From IMG/VR virus record IMGVR_UViG_3300031656_000001: DNA of 64,000 nucleotides; one strand, 5' to 3'. Numbering within the stretch: the stretch's first letter is position 1; each line of letters starts with the position of its first letter. The position numbers were made by a program, and so were the translations under genes. Below are positions 11,753 through 21,908 of this stretch, in pieces. The notes under the pieces are model-generated. The model did no database searches. It had not been told where the DNA came from and worked only from the letters and a program-made list of their open reading frames with translations. Source of the stretch: a virus.

Positions 11753-13690
11753 TTATCTTAAAATATCTGCTTCAAATTGATAGTTAGCAGCGTCAATGCA
11801 TACTAATTCAATATATGGTTTGTTAGTTATTAATTGAGTTCCATCTATGTCAGCTATTAACTTATCAAAGCCTGTAGTAGATTTACTCCAAATTTTAATG
11901 TTATTTCCTGTCATATTGATTTCGTCAAATGTAATTTTAAATGTTTGACCGCTTTTCCATGCGATTACACTGTCGTCAATATATATATTAAGATTACTTT
12001 CAGGATCTGATGATATCAAACCTTTAAGACTTAATCTATTAGTGAATGATTTAAGTCTAGCCCAAATAGCAAACTTTGATGAACCATTACCACTTGCACC
12101 GGCATCAAACATTAAATTCGTTGATAATTGATCTGCGATTGCCTTAGCATATATATTATATACGAATACTTCATTTAGAATGTATCCATCAATGTTATTG
12201 TCTATTTTAATTTTATTAGGAATTGTTTTGTCAACCGACGTACCCTTTCCTGCAAATATCACATCAGTGTTGTATTGCAATTCAACTGGTATTGTCCCAT
12301 CAATTAAAGAATTTATTTTAGTATGTGCCTTTGTAATTAATTCCAATAATGAATTTGAATTAGCTAATTGAATAGAAGCGTTTTTGAAACTGTCTTCTAA
12401 ACTAGTTAATCTATTGATAATTGCAACAGAATCATCACCTGACGTAACTAATCTTTCTACACTATCAACTCTCTTAGCAATTGAGCCATATCTAGCATTT
12501 GCTTGTATTAGGAGCTGTGTTGCATTTTCTATTGCAGTTGTTGTATCCATAAATAAATCCATACCAAACGTAGTGAAATCATTTATGCTTGTTTCAACTC
12601 CAACATTATCTAATGAAGAATTGAATTTTAAATTTAACTTTAAAGAGAACGCATTACCGTTTAACCCTGTAATCTCGTTCGGCTTATATTTGATCTGCTC
12701 ATTAATTTTAGAACCTGGACCATATGCATCTTGAATATCATCAAGAATTAAAATACCATATAAGTTAGTTGCTCTATTACCAGCAATTGATTCACTATAA
12801 AGATCATAATAAACAAGAACAGCATTGAATTTAAACTTTTGTCCTTTTTTAGCAAAATCCAACAAAGACTGTACATCTGAGTTGTTGTTTATTTCTTCAT
12901 ATGCGTTTGCTTCAAACTGAATTCCAACACTATTAGTTGCATTAGTTTGAATATCGTAATGTCCACCGCTGTTTACTGTGTATGCATCAACTACAGAATC
13001 AATATTAATATTAGGATCTGGGTGCGTTTGACCCACTCGACCTTCAATGTAATCTGAAGCATATAATTTAGTTGCAGTTGTATTATAATCGTTAGTTTTA
13101 AACAATACAGTAGGTGTGTAACCAACTGATGTAGGAACGTTTATATAAACTTCGTGATATGTGTTACCTTGATATGCAACATCATTCTCTACATCAATTG
13201 TCCCTAAGTATTTTACAACTCGGTCATAATTTTCACTAGCGAATGTTCCGTTGATCTTCTCGGTATAATTACCCAAAAGTGTTTGATTAGAATCAGCAGC
13301 TATAAAATCAATAGCACCTAAAGAAGATAACCATTTAAAGAATATTTTCTCTGAATCTGATTGTAAAAGTATTGGATCGTAATCATCATCTTTCAATAAT
13401 AATTCTTCCAAGTTTAGTACGTAATTTTGAAATGTCTGTGCAAAATCAACATTAGGCATCCCAGCAACATATGCTTGGCCCGAAGGTTGTTTAAGATTTG
13501 ATTCAAAATCTATTACGTTAGAACCGTTAACTGAATCAGTAAAATCTGGAAGATCTAATAAAGCGTATTTACTAAACTCAAAATTTAAATCTGAACTGTT
13601 AAAAGCTCTAGTCATGTCTCTTGCTGAAGAAGCAAAAGCATACATTGTGCCTCCCATGGGCTGCGGTATTCTAACTAGAGGAGTTGCCAT
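11753..13690 (-). CDS. Virion structural protein (baseplate-associated)
   Basis: 645 aa ORF; context within the baseplate cluster. Confidence 0.45.
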   Translation of the reverse strand: MATPLVRIPQPMGGTMYAFASSARDMTRAFNSSDLNFEFSKYALLDLPDFTDSVNGSNVIDFESNLKQPSGQAYVAGMPNVDFAQTFQNYVLNLEELLLKDDDYDPILLQSDSEKIFFKWLSSLGAIDFIAADSNQTLLGNYTEKINGTFASENYDRVVKYLGTIDVENDVAYQGNTYHEVYINVPTSVGYTPTVLFKTNDYNTTATKLYASDYIEGRVGQTHPDPNINIDSVVDAYTVNSGGHYDIQTNATNSVGIQFEANAYEEINNNSDVQSLLDFAKKGQKFKFNAVLVYYDLYSESIAGNRATNLYGILILDDIQDAYGPGSKINEQIKYKPNEITGLNGNAFSLKLNLKFNSSLDNVGVETSINDFTTFGMDLFMDTTTAIENATQLLIQANARYGSIAKRVDSVERLVTSGDDSVAIINRLTSLEDSFKNASIQLANSNSLLELITKAHTKINSLIDGTIPVELQYNTDVIFAGKGTSVDKTIPNKIKIDNNIDGYILNEVFVYNIYAKAIADQLSTNLMFDAGASGNGSSKFAIWARLKSFTNRLSLKGLISSDPESNLNIYIDDSVIAWKSGQTFKITFDEINMTGNNIKIWSKSTTGFDKLIADIDGTQLITNKPYIELVCIDAANYQFEADILR

Positions 13691-13708
13691 CTATTATTAA
13701 GTTTTGTT

Positions 13709-14275
13709 TTATACTATTGTTGTGTTATGTGATGAAATAACGTACCATACGTTTTCAAAACATCTTAATGTAACTGTTGAGTTCAATCCATCTAATGTAA
13801 TTGAAGCTGCAGCTAAAGTTGAAGCACTTGCTTCGTGTTTAACTATTTTCGCAACATTTGCTGTATTAATAATTGTTACTTCTTGACCGTCATTAGATGC
13901 TGGTAAAGTAAAATCACTTCCAACAAAGTATGCTGATGCTGTGATAGCTCCAGTAACTTGTGTAGTTGGTATAGCCTTCGTACCTAATACTCCGCTTTTT
14001 TCTAATGTTCCTCCAATTTTAGTAGTACCATTAAACACAACATCAGTTGTGAATTCTGCACCTGAATTGTTAACAGACAATAAGTTTGTACCATTGTATA
14101 CAACTGCTAATGATGCAGTAGAAATACTAGCTAATCCGCTTAGTGTTAATGTGGTTGGGTTTAATAGAGCCGTAACAGATGCTAACGCATCGTTTAATAA
14201 CTCAAAGTTACTATTGATGATTGGTCTCGATGAAGAAACTGAGTCAGTTCCTAAAATTTCAGTAATGTTTGCCAT
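13709..14275 (-). CDS. Short tail fibre/baseplate attachment protein
   Basis: N-terminus MANITEILGTDSVSSSRPIINSNF resembles gp9/gp10-type motif and the ORF at 125; beta-rich fibre-like C-terminus. Confidence 0.5.
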   Translation of the reverse strand: MANITEILGTDSVSSSRPIINSNFELLNDALASVTALLNPTTLTLSGLASISTASLAVVYNGTNLLSVNNSGAEFTTDVVFNGTTKIGGTLEKSGVLGTKAIPTTQVTGAITASAYFVGSDFTLPASNDGQEVTIINTANVAKIVKHEASASTLAAASITLDGLNSTVTLRCFENVWYVISSHNTTIV

Positions 14276-14288
14276 TTTATTTGTTTTA

Positions 14289-17201
14289 TTATTTTACTTT
14301 TAACATATTTCTTTTTACAATGTTCTTATTGCCGTGTGTGTCTTCCGCTTCTAATTGAATTGAATAGTATCCAGGTTCTTTAAAGACATACGTAAGCCAC
14401 ATATTATTATAGTATATATCAGTGATTTCTGGGTTAGTTATATTAGTTATAGTCCATTTGGCCTTTTTCTTACCAGGGAACTTAGAAATATCAGTAGAAA
14501 TTGTAACATGTGTAGATCTTTCTACTTCAGCATAGTCACTGAACACTCTTGTATCATCCCATGTTGGATTAAAGTGTTGTACGTGTGTTTCTCCAGAAAT
14601 ACTCTCAGATGTATCCCTTGTAGTATTTAGAATACTAATAGATTCAAAATCATAATTCCTAGAATATTCCCAACCTACTACCATCATAAATCTAAACACA
14701 TCAACAGTGTCATCATTATCTGTATCTTCAAATACAGCATTAAAATTAAATTTACTAATAATTGTATCATTGCTCGCATTCAATTCATTCATAATAGCTT
14801 TCCAACCAGCGATATCGCTCATGGATATCGGAGTCAAACTAGCGATTATATGTTCACCTATTGATTCTACACCTGTTTTAGGATCTTTATATGTAATGCT
14901 CAATTTCTCACCTTGTCGTATATCATTTATTTTGAAACTAGCTGTTAAATCAGGTCCAACTCTCATGTAATCCCATGCTAAATGTTCAGTATCGCTCCAC
15001 TTAAAGGTAGACTCGCTCCATTGATATGGTCCAGTTGTTTCGCTAAAACCAGTATCTGAATAAGTATCAACATATCTTCTAACTGTAGAAAATCTAACGC
15101 CTTGATCCGATTCCATGTGTACGTAATTCGCTCTATCCAACGTCAAATACAATGTAGCTATATTTTCGTCTATTGTAGTTTTATTATCTTGAGGAGAATT
15201 CCAATAACCACCAGATTTTGACCATGTAAGATCTTTGTTATCCCATGATTGATCTTCCAGCCATTTATAAATTCCATAAAGTTCTAGTTGTTTTAATTTA
15301 ACATCTATAATATCCTTCATTTTATAATGAGACCTGTGTCCAAATAGATCATATGTTCTCATCTCTACGTCGTACTTGTCATTGTGCGGTAATATCAATG
15401 GAAGTATTAAGTAGTCATCTATAGCTCCTCTATATGTCTGGCTGTAACCTCTTGTTTTACCAGTAATTACCCATTCTATTTCATAAACCCATGCTTTCCA
15501 CCAATTCGCCCAAGTTACTTTTAAACTAGAGTTTGGATCTTCAGCATCTTCCCATGTAAATTTAGCCTCGTCCCATATATCATCAAATGATTCTGTTCCG
15601 TCTAATAATACAGGACATCCGATTGGAATATTAGGATTGTAAGAATGTAATTCTTGATTATGATATGTGTCATAAAATTTACTAATCACATCTTTTAATT
15701 CTGTCAATGTACCCTTGATTGGTAATAAAGCAAATGTTAACACTTGTCCTTTAGTGTTTCCAGTAAATGTAGGGTTTGCTACCCAGTTGTTTTCGTTATT
15801 CCAAGTCCAGTATGTGTTATTGGAAAGCACTTCATATGTGTCTCCGTCAAATACGTTTCCATGTACATGATCTCTAATATCTCCGGTTAAAATATCTTCG
15901 TTCCCGGTTCCTAAATTTAAAAACAAATTATAATTAGTTGCGTCATTGTTATGATCTAATGATGGCTTTAATACCATTGATAAATCCTCTATAAAAAGTT
16001 CTCTCCTTTCAGGCGTAACCTTAAATTTAATAGCATGGCCCTCGCTGAAATAACCAATCGGGTTTTGATTATGCCAAATGTTTATGTTTCTTTGTGTAAA
16101 ATAATCACCTTCAGCTGTGATGTCAATGATCTTAGCCTGTAATGGTAAGTACTCTTTTTGTAATTTAGATTTTAAACCATATAATTTAATTAAAACTTCT
16201 TGCGGAGTATAATCAAAGGTTTCAGTTACATTAGGAATATCCCATTGATCAAACGTACCGTTAGGTTCATTTAATCTATAAACAAGACTAAACTTACTAG
16301 TCTTTTTCATAGTGCTCGATGGCAACTTGAATTTTAATTTCTTTCTAGTAGCTTCACCTCTTACTGATGACTTAGGTACAGGAACTGCAAATAATTTACC
16401 GAAATTCTTAACCGAATTATCGATGTTTAACCAATATTCTTTTAATGTAATCTTATCGTAACCAAAGAAATCTATTGCATTTAAAACTGCTTTATAAGTT
16501 CCTACGAATGGTTTAATATTGTGAAGCTCTAAAAGAAGTTCCTTTCTTTTTCTATTTAATAGAATATAATCAGGTGACATTTCACTAATGTCATGATCTT
16601 TAAATAATAGAAAATCTGATTCCGCTAATGTAGCACCAAAATTAGATAATAAAACTTTAAGTCTTTCATCTTCAGGAACTACTTCACCATAAACCTCTAT
16701 TATAGCAACTAATGTTTTAATGTTATTTGTTACACTGTATACATTTAAGTTTCGTACATGTGGTCCAGCGATTGTAGAGTTTAACGTTATATTAAGTTGA
16801 ATTGCTGTATTGTCCTGTGTATTTAAATGTTTTACACCTGATACAATACTATCAATATTAGTATTATCAAACAAAACAACTGATTGTGATTTTAATTCTT
16901 TAACTACTGGAATATTACCAGTATTATCAATGTCATATAAAATGATAGATTTACTATCAAATTTGTTTGTTTCTTCCCATTCAAATGAGAACTTAGTGTC
17001 ATCTGCTGTTTCTGCAATTGGAAAGTTTATAGTTACATCACCATTGTGAATACATTCTTCAAGAATGAATAAATTAATAGTTTCATATAAACCTGCTGAA
17101 ACCTCAGGTAAGTAAACAGTACCCTTATATACACCGAAAAGATCCTTCTCGAAGTTTAAGTCGTATTCTAATCCCTTGAAAAATCTTAAATTATTATACA
17201 T
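14289..17201 (-). CDS. Baseplate wedge protein (gp7-like), C-terminal PKD/Ig-like
   Basis: KELLLELHNIKPFVGTYKAVLNAIDFFGY resembles the gp7/P2 gpI KGT motif; located downstream of the gp6-like gene. Confidence 0.55.
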   Translation of the reverse strand: MYNNLRFFKGLEYDLNFEKDLFGVYKGTVYLPEVSAGLYETINLFILEECIHNGDVTINFPIAETADDTKFSFEWEETNKFDSKSIILYDIDNTGNIPVVKELKSQSVVLFDNTNIDSIVSGVKHLNTQDNTAIQLNITLNSTIAGPHVRNLNVYSVTNNIKTLVAIIEVYGEVVPEDERLKVLLSNFGATLAESDFLLFKDHDISEMSPDYILLNRKRKELLLELHNIKPFVGTYKAVLNAIDFFGYDKITLKEYWLNIDNSVKNFGKLFAVPVPKSSVRGEATRKKLKFKLPSSTMKKTSKFSLVYRLNEPNGTFDQWDIPNVTETFDYTPQEVLIKLYGLKSKLQKEYLPLQAKIIDITAEGDYFTQRNINIWHNQNPIGYFSEGHAIKFKVTPERRELFIEDLSMVLKPSLDHNNDATNYNLFLNLGTGNEDILTGDIRDHVHGNVFDGDTYEVLSNNTYWTWNNENNWVANPTFTGNTKGQVLTFALLPIKGTLTELKDVISKFYDTYHNQELHSYNPNIPIGCPVLLDGTESFDDIWDEAKFTWEDAEDPNSSLKVTWANWWKAWVYEIEWVITGKTRGYSQTYRGAIDDYLILPLILPHNDKYDVEMRTYDLFGHRSHYKMKDIIDVKLKQLELYGIYKWLEDQSWDNKDLTWSKSGGYWNSPQDNKTTIDENIATLYLTLDRANYVHMESDQGVRFSTVRRYVDTYSDTGFSETTGPYQWSESTFKWSDTEHLAWDYMRVGPDLTASFKINDIRQGEKLSITYKDPKTGVESIGEHIIASLTPISMSDIAGWKAIMNELNASNDTIISKFNFNAVFEDTDNDDTVDVFRFMMVVGWEYSRNYDFESISILNTTRDTSESISGETHVQHFNPTWDDTRVFSDYAEVERSTHVTISTDISKFPGKKKAKWTITNITNPEITDIYYNNMWLTYVFKEPGYYSIQLEAEDTHGNKNIVKRNMLKVK

Positions 17202-17482
17202 TATCTTGTTCCTTTATCGTCTTCTTTGACGGTGTAATTTTTATAGTTCTTTAAATGTCTTACACCTTTTAATAAGTTTTTTAAACTATCGTCTAAGAAT
17301 ATTAAAAAATGTTGCATTGTTTCGTTTCTTTGAATATGTCCAGATAATGATCTACCCATAAATTCACTAGGTGGTAAGTTTTCATAATCGTAACCGACAT
17401 GTAGCCTTGCGTCCTTTCTAGTTTTGGAAAAGTCATATCGATTGCTTCTCTTGTATCCAAATAAGTTTGTGAATAATCCCAT
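17201..17482 (-). CDS. Small baseplate-cluster protein
   Basis: 93 aa; 1-nt stop/start overlaps with both neighbours. Confidence 0.5.
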   Translation of the reverse strand: MGLFTNLFGYKRSNRYDFSKTRKDARLHVGYDYENLPPSEFMGRSLSGHIQRNETMQHFLIFLDDSLKNLLKGVRHLKNYKNYTVKEDDKGTR

Positions 17483-19311
17483 TATTTAAGTGCTCTTCTG
17501 TTTCCTGCTTGTACTCTAGTATATATTGTCTTCGGTACAGGTGTACTATCGAAGTTTATACTAACTGCAGCTTCCGCATTTAGCTTCACATCATCTTCAA
17601 TGTTATCACCGTCTCTGTCTAACCATCCACCTCTAAATACAGCAACTTCTTCTTTATCCATAACAATGTCACCCCATTGATCTAAACCTTTTACATCATA
17701 TGGTATATTAGTGGTTGCAGATACTGGTATCATTTTAACAGTTTCTATCTTTTTAAAGAATATATGTTTTTGTTTACCATTGCCAATCGTTTCCAATACC
17801 ACTGGTTCTTGTGGAACAACATTAACATTAACAGATTCATAGTAACCTAATCTTCTAGCTTTTTCTTCAGTTTCAGAAATGAATCTAATATTAACTGAAT
17901 CAATACCAGCCACTTCTTCCAATATATAAACAATATCGGATTTTGGTAATTTATCTCTTCTAGTGATATTCAATAAATAATCAGACACTTTACCTCTAAC
18001 TGCTGTGAAAATTTCATCTTTAGTATAACCTTCAAAATATCTAATATTAATATCCATACTATAATATCTAATCTTGGGTTTAACAAATACAACTTCAGTT
18101 GTTACCATTTGTTGTCCGCTATCTTCTAATACTCTGTGCATTGCATCATATTCACCTTGATCTAAAAACATTTCCTCTTGTGGAATATTAAAATAATCTT
18201 GTGTCTTTGCTAATTTCTTATTAATATCTGGAACAGCGAAAATATAAATTACATTATCATCATCTAAATACTGATCATCTGTAGTGTTATATGCATCTAT
18301 ATAAGAAAACATATTATATCTTGATAAGAAGTACTCATAGTTATCGGGTGTAGCTAACACGAACGACTTACTAGCCATTGGCGTCATTATCTTTGTAAAC
18401 TGTGTACTTTCTCTATCACTACCCATTTTAGGTGATGATGAAATAGTCACATCCAAGAAATCGTTTAAATCGTGTTCAGCTCCATTTGAATCAGTACCTT
18501 TAGCATCCCATTTGATAGTTAAATCTGGCGAGTCATCTAAATTTCCAGATAATCCAGCATGCTTTACATATTCTATAGCAATTGACGCACCATCAGCCGG
18601 TACAAGTCCAAAACTATTATTACCGAAATAAAGATCTAAACCTCCACTAATTCCAGTTTTAATTAAATATGCTTTTTCATTTGCACCTAAATCATATAAA
18701 GATTCGTGCTTTGTCCAAAGTTCTCCGTTAACGCTTACGCTAACTTTGCTATGATCAGTTATTCCGCCAGTATTGATACTGAATGATTGTAATTTAGTAC
18801 CATTAGACGTTACTGTTTGTGATTCAAATTTACCTTGAATGATTGCAGTATTAATAGAGTTAAAGTTTGATTTTTCTAATTTAAATTTATCAACCGAATT
18901 CAAAAGAGTATATGTTAATCCGTTTGCATCAAACTTGAGCTGTGCTCTACTGTCCATGTTTAAAGTATTTCCAGCAATCTTAACCATATCAGCACCTGGT
19001 TTCCATCTAAATTGAATTTCTCCAGTTGCAGCAAATCCTCTAGTTGCATCATGTCCTGTCAATCTAGACATTCCATATATTGATTCAGGCTGTTGTGCGG
19101 TATATATGTTTTGTTCTACAACAGAATCCTCTATATAAAACATTATAAGATCAACCATTTCCGATAATACACTTATTATTTGCGCAAACGGAGATGCAAC
19201 AGTAAACAGAGCATTTGCTCTATTATAAACCCTAGAGATATATGTTCTAGCATCGCCCTTTATAGCATCTGCGCTAGCTCTAATTGTACTTAAAAATTTT
19301 AATTCTGCCAT
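17482..19311 (-). CDS. Baseplate wedge subunit (T4 gp6 / baseplate J-like)
   Basis: About 610 aa; LYFGNNSFGLVP, GSDRES, LATPDNYEY and EEVAGIDSV motifs typical of gp6; adjacent to the gp25-like gene. Confidence 0.8.
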   Translation of the reverse strand: MAELKFLSTIRASADAIKGDARTYISRVYNRANALFTVASPFAQIISVLSEMVDLIMFYIEDSVVEQNIYTAQQPESIYGMSRLTGHDATRGFAATGEIQFRWKPGADMVKIAGNTLNMDSRAQLKFDANGLTYTLLNSVDKFKLEKSNFNSINTAIIQGKFESQTVTSNGTKLQSFSINTGGITDHSKVSVSVNGELWTKHESLYDLGANEKAYLIKTGISGGLDLYFGNNSFGLVPADGASIAIEYVKHAGLSGNLDDSPDLTIKWDAKGTDSNGAEHDLNDFLDVTISSSPKMGSDRESTQFTKIMTPMASKSFVLATPDNYEYFLSRYNMFSYIDAYNTTDDQYLDDDNVIYIFAVPDINKKLAKTQDYFNIPQEEMFLDQGEYDAMHRVLEDSGQQMVTTEVVFVKPKIRYYSMDINIRYFEGYTKDEIFTAVRGKVSDYLLNITRRDKLPKSDIVYILEEVAGIDSVNIRFISETEEKARRLGYYESVNVNVVPQEPVVLETIGNGKQKHIFFKKIETVKMIPVSATTNIPYDVKGLDQWGDIVMDKEEVAVFRGGWLDRDGDNIEDDVKLNAEAAVSINFDSTPVPKTIYTRVQAGNRRALK

Positions 19312-19328
19312 TATTATTATTTACTTTT

Positions 19329-19685
19329 TTATAGCATGCTTATTTTAATAGCATATTTGCCGTCTATTGTAATATCTATGAATGCTATATCTCTAACTTC
19401 ACCTTTCATGAAGTCAACTTTAACATCTACATGGTACTTGTTTGCTAATGGACAATACGCCGTAAGCTGCTGACCAATAGTCGCGCGTATATCATGCTCA
19501 TTTGCATTGAAACTATATATAAGGTCTTCCAGATTGCAACCAAAGTTACTATCTCCCATTACTTCGCCTTTATTAGTGAATAATATTGTTTGAATCTGTG
19601 TGATCAACATTTCTATTTCACTATTAGTTTGAATCTGTGTCCCATCGTAATTAGGATCACTTGGGTATTTTATATATAATTCCAT
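19329..19685 (-). CDS. Baseplate wedge/sheath initiator (gp25/GPW-like)
   Basis: IQTILFTNKGEVMGDSNFGCNLEDLIY matches the gp25 consensus (LxTxxGERxxxPxFG). Confidence 0.85.
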   Translation of the reverse strand: MELYIKYPSDPNYDGTQIQTNSEIEMLITQIQTILFTNKGEVMGDSNFGCNLEDLIYSFNANEHDIRATIGQQLTAYCPLANKYHVDVKVDFMKGEVRDIAFIDITIDGKYAIKISML

Positions 19686-19705
19686 CTAAGTATGTATCTT
19701 ATTTA

Positions 19706-20542
19706 TTATGAGTGCATCATCCAATCGACACCTTCGTCATCGTTAATCTCTTCTTCAATTGCAGATAGCTCATCATCTCCCATTGATTTAATACTCTCAT
19801 AATCAAATTCAACATTACCAGGTAATGCAAACTTAAAAATACCAAGTTTAGTACCAATTGATTGTTTTACTTTAGCGCTAACATATCTAAAGAATATTTC
19901 ATCATCGTATAATGCACAATCTGGTATCGTTTCATATACTTGTAAAATAACATCACCCTTGGGTGTGTCTCCCATAAATTTCAATCCTCCAGTTAATCTA
20001 GAATAATCATAAGAAATAGGATTTTCTAAAATCTGTCTAGACAAATCAGCCATAGAAGCATTCAATACATAATATTGTAATTCTTCAGCAGCTTCTGCCA
20101 TTCCTGATCCTTCGTACATTCCTCTAAATAACATTCGTTCCATAGAGAAATCTCCACCACTTTGAAATCTAACATCTAAACCTCCACCGCTAAATGAATT
20201 CTTTAAATCATATAAACCATATACAGAGTAAACTCCACCACCACCATCGGCACTTGCGCCTGGTAAATTAAGAGTTCTATTACTCTTGAAATACGCTGTT
20301 GAAAACACAGAGTTTGGTATATGATAATAATTCTCTCTTACAGAATACTCATATTTTTTATAGAACCATTTCTTAGCTCTTTTAATTATATTAATAATTT
20401 CTTTTTGTGGCAAGTTAATAGGAACCATACATGCTCCAGTAATTTCATCGCCTAATTCATCTAAGAATGCATTTAAACAATTTGCATCAAACGACCTTCC
20501 AGTTGTTAAATCGTTATTTGATCCGCTTCTAATTTCACTCAT
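19706..20542 (-). CDS. Neck/head-tail adaptor protein (T4 gp13-like)
   Basis: C-terminal YVSAKVKQSIGTKLGIFKFALPGNVEFDYESI resembles gp13 (LPGGVTIDG); size about 280 aa. Confidence 0.75.
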   Translation of the reverse strand: MSEIRSGSNNDLTTGRSFDANCLNAFLDELGDEITGACMVPINLPQKEIINIIKRAKKWFYKKYEYSVRENYYHIPNSVFSTAYFKSNRTLNLPGASADGGGGVYSVYGLYDLKNSFSGGGLDVRFQSGGDFSMERMLFRGMYEGSGMAEAAEELQYYVLNASMADLSRQILENPISYDYSRLTGGLKFMGDTPKGDVILQVYETIPDCALYDDEIFFRYVSAKVKQSIGTKLGIFKFALPGNVEFDYESIKSMGDDELSAIEEEINDDEGVDWMMHS

Positions 20543-20548
20543 TTTGTC

Positions 20549-21856
20549 TTACTTTATTTTTTTACTAACTACTATTTCAGTATCTTCAAATCTAGCATCC
20601 TTTGTCATGAAGCCTTCTCTAAATATACCACCAATCATTTTACCTTTAAACATTGTATCTCTTCCTGCAACATAACAGTTTGTTAATGTACAACTACCAT
20701 GTGTATAAGAAGATTCAACTTTAGAATCCTTTGCTTTAGTTCCTTGATATAAACTACCAAACTTTACAGCAGATCCATCTATTTTACAATTATAAAAACT
20801 ACAATTTTCAATATTCCCTGCAAGTTCACAATCAATGAATTCAAAGTTCTCTAACATATATACTGTTGGGAATTTACCGCCCTTGACTTGTACAGCACCG
20901 TAATCAGAGTCATAATTAATAATCCCAGCAGTCATTGATCCATTTACTATAAGATCCATCACCCTGGTTTTAAATCTCTCCCAGTGCACCTTAACAATAG
21001 CAGGATTATCTTGTAAATCTGCCAATATTTTAATATCTGGCCAATTCTCAGACACTTTAGTGTAGTCTTTCAACATATCTGAGATTGGCTTATTTTTATT
21101 TAAAATTCTTTGTAGTTCAATTTTGTTTTCTGCAGTAAATCTAGGATCATTGCAAGATTTCCACATACGTTGTAAGAACCTCTCAGTTAAATAAAGAATA
21201 TCGTCTACTCTCTTTTCATAACCTTCCCCGCCAATATATCTAAATTCTAAGTAATTCTTTTCACTCTTAGAAAAGTTTATACCGTAATATTTGGTGTCTG
21301 CGAATTTATATTGATTTGATGCTATTTGATTTGCATCGAAGTGGAATGATTCCCATTTAGGCATAATCCATTTTACACTTTTAGCGTAAGCCGAATGTTC
21401 TCTGTCTGGAAAAAACTTATAAACCTGTGCTTCGTCGAATTCTAATATGAATTTAAGAATATTCATTTTAGAAACCATTGCAGGATCTTCTAAGTATTTT
21501 TTATCAAATGATAAGTTAATGTGAATTGATGCTCTATCATTGGTATACCCGTTTTCGGCTATCCAATTAAGCATTTGAATAACTACTAATCTGGCATTTC
21601 TATATGGAATCGGACCAGTAACTAATTCAATTAGTCCTTTACCGCCAGACATATCTGGCTCCATTTTAAATTCATCAGCAGACGGTACAAAATCTGAATG
21701 AGCTTTGATTTCTAACCTAATTTTTCGATCTAGAAGTTTAGCCAAAGATTTTTGGGTAGCTTCTAGATCGATATTAGAATAGAATTCAAACTCTAATCCC
21801 ATCAGTGATGAGTTAAGAATTGATTCTCTTGAAGAATCTATAGATAGTTTTTGCAT
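20549..21856 (-). CDS. Putative amidoligase (COOH-NH2 ligase) with C-terminal beta-helix-like repeats
   Basis: GLEFEF, EPDMS, ELVTGP, SIHIN, KYYGINF and LEFR motifs in amidoligase order. Confidence 0.7.
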   Translation of the reverse strand: MQKLSIDSSRESILNSSLMGLEFEFYSNIDLEATQKSLAKLLDRKIRLEIKAHSDFVPSADEFKMEPDMSGGKGLIELVTGPIPYRNARLVVIQMLNWIAENGYTNDRASIHINLSFDKKYLEDPAMVSKMNILKFILEFDEAQVYKFFPDREHSAYAKSVKWIMPKWESFHFDANQIASNQYKFADTKYYGINFSKSEKNYLEFRYIGGEGYEKRVDDILYLTERFLQRMWKSCNDPRFTAENKIELQRILNKNKPISDMLKDYTKVSENWPDIKILADLQDNPAIVKVHWERFKTRVMDLIVNGSMTAGIINYDSDYGAVQVKGGKFPTVYMLENFEFIDCELAGNIENCSFYNCKIDGSAVKFGSLYQGTKAKDSKVESSYTHGSCTLTNCYVAGRDTMFKGKMIGGIFREGFMTKDARFEDTEIVVSKKIK

Positions 21857-21908
21857 ATTAGATTATGATATTATCGTTTCAATATATATCACACTCTCGT
21901 TGCAATAG

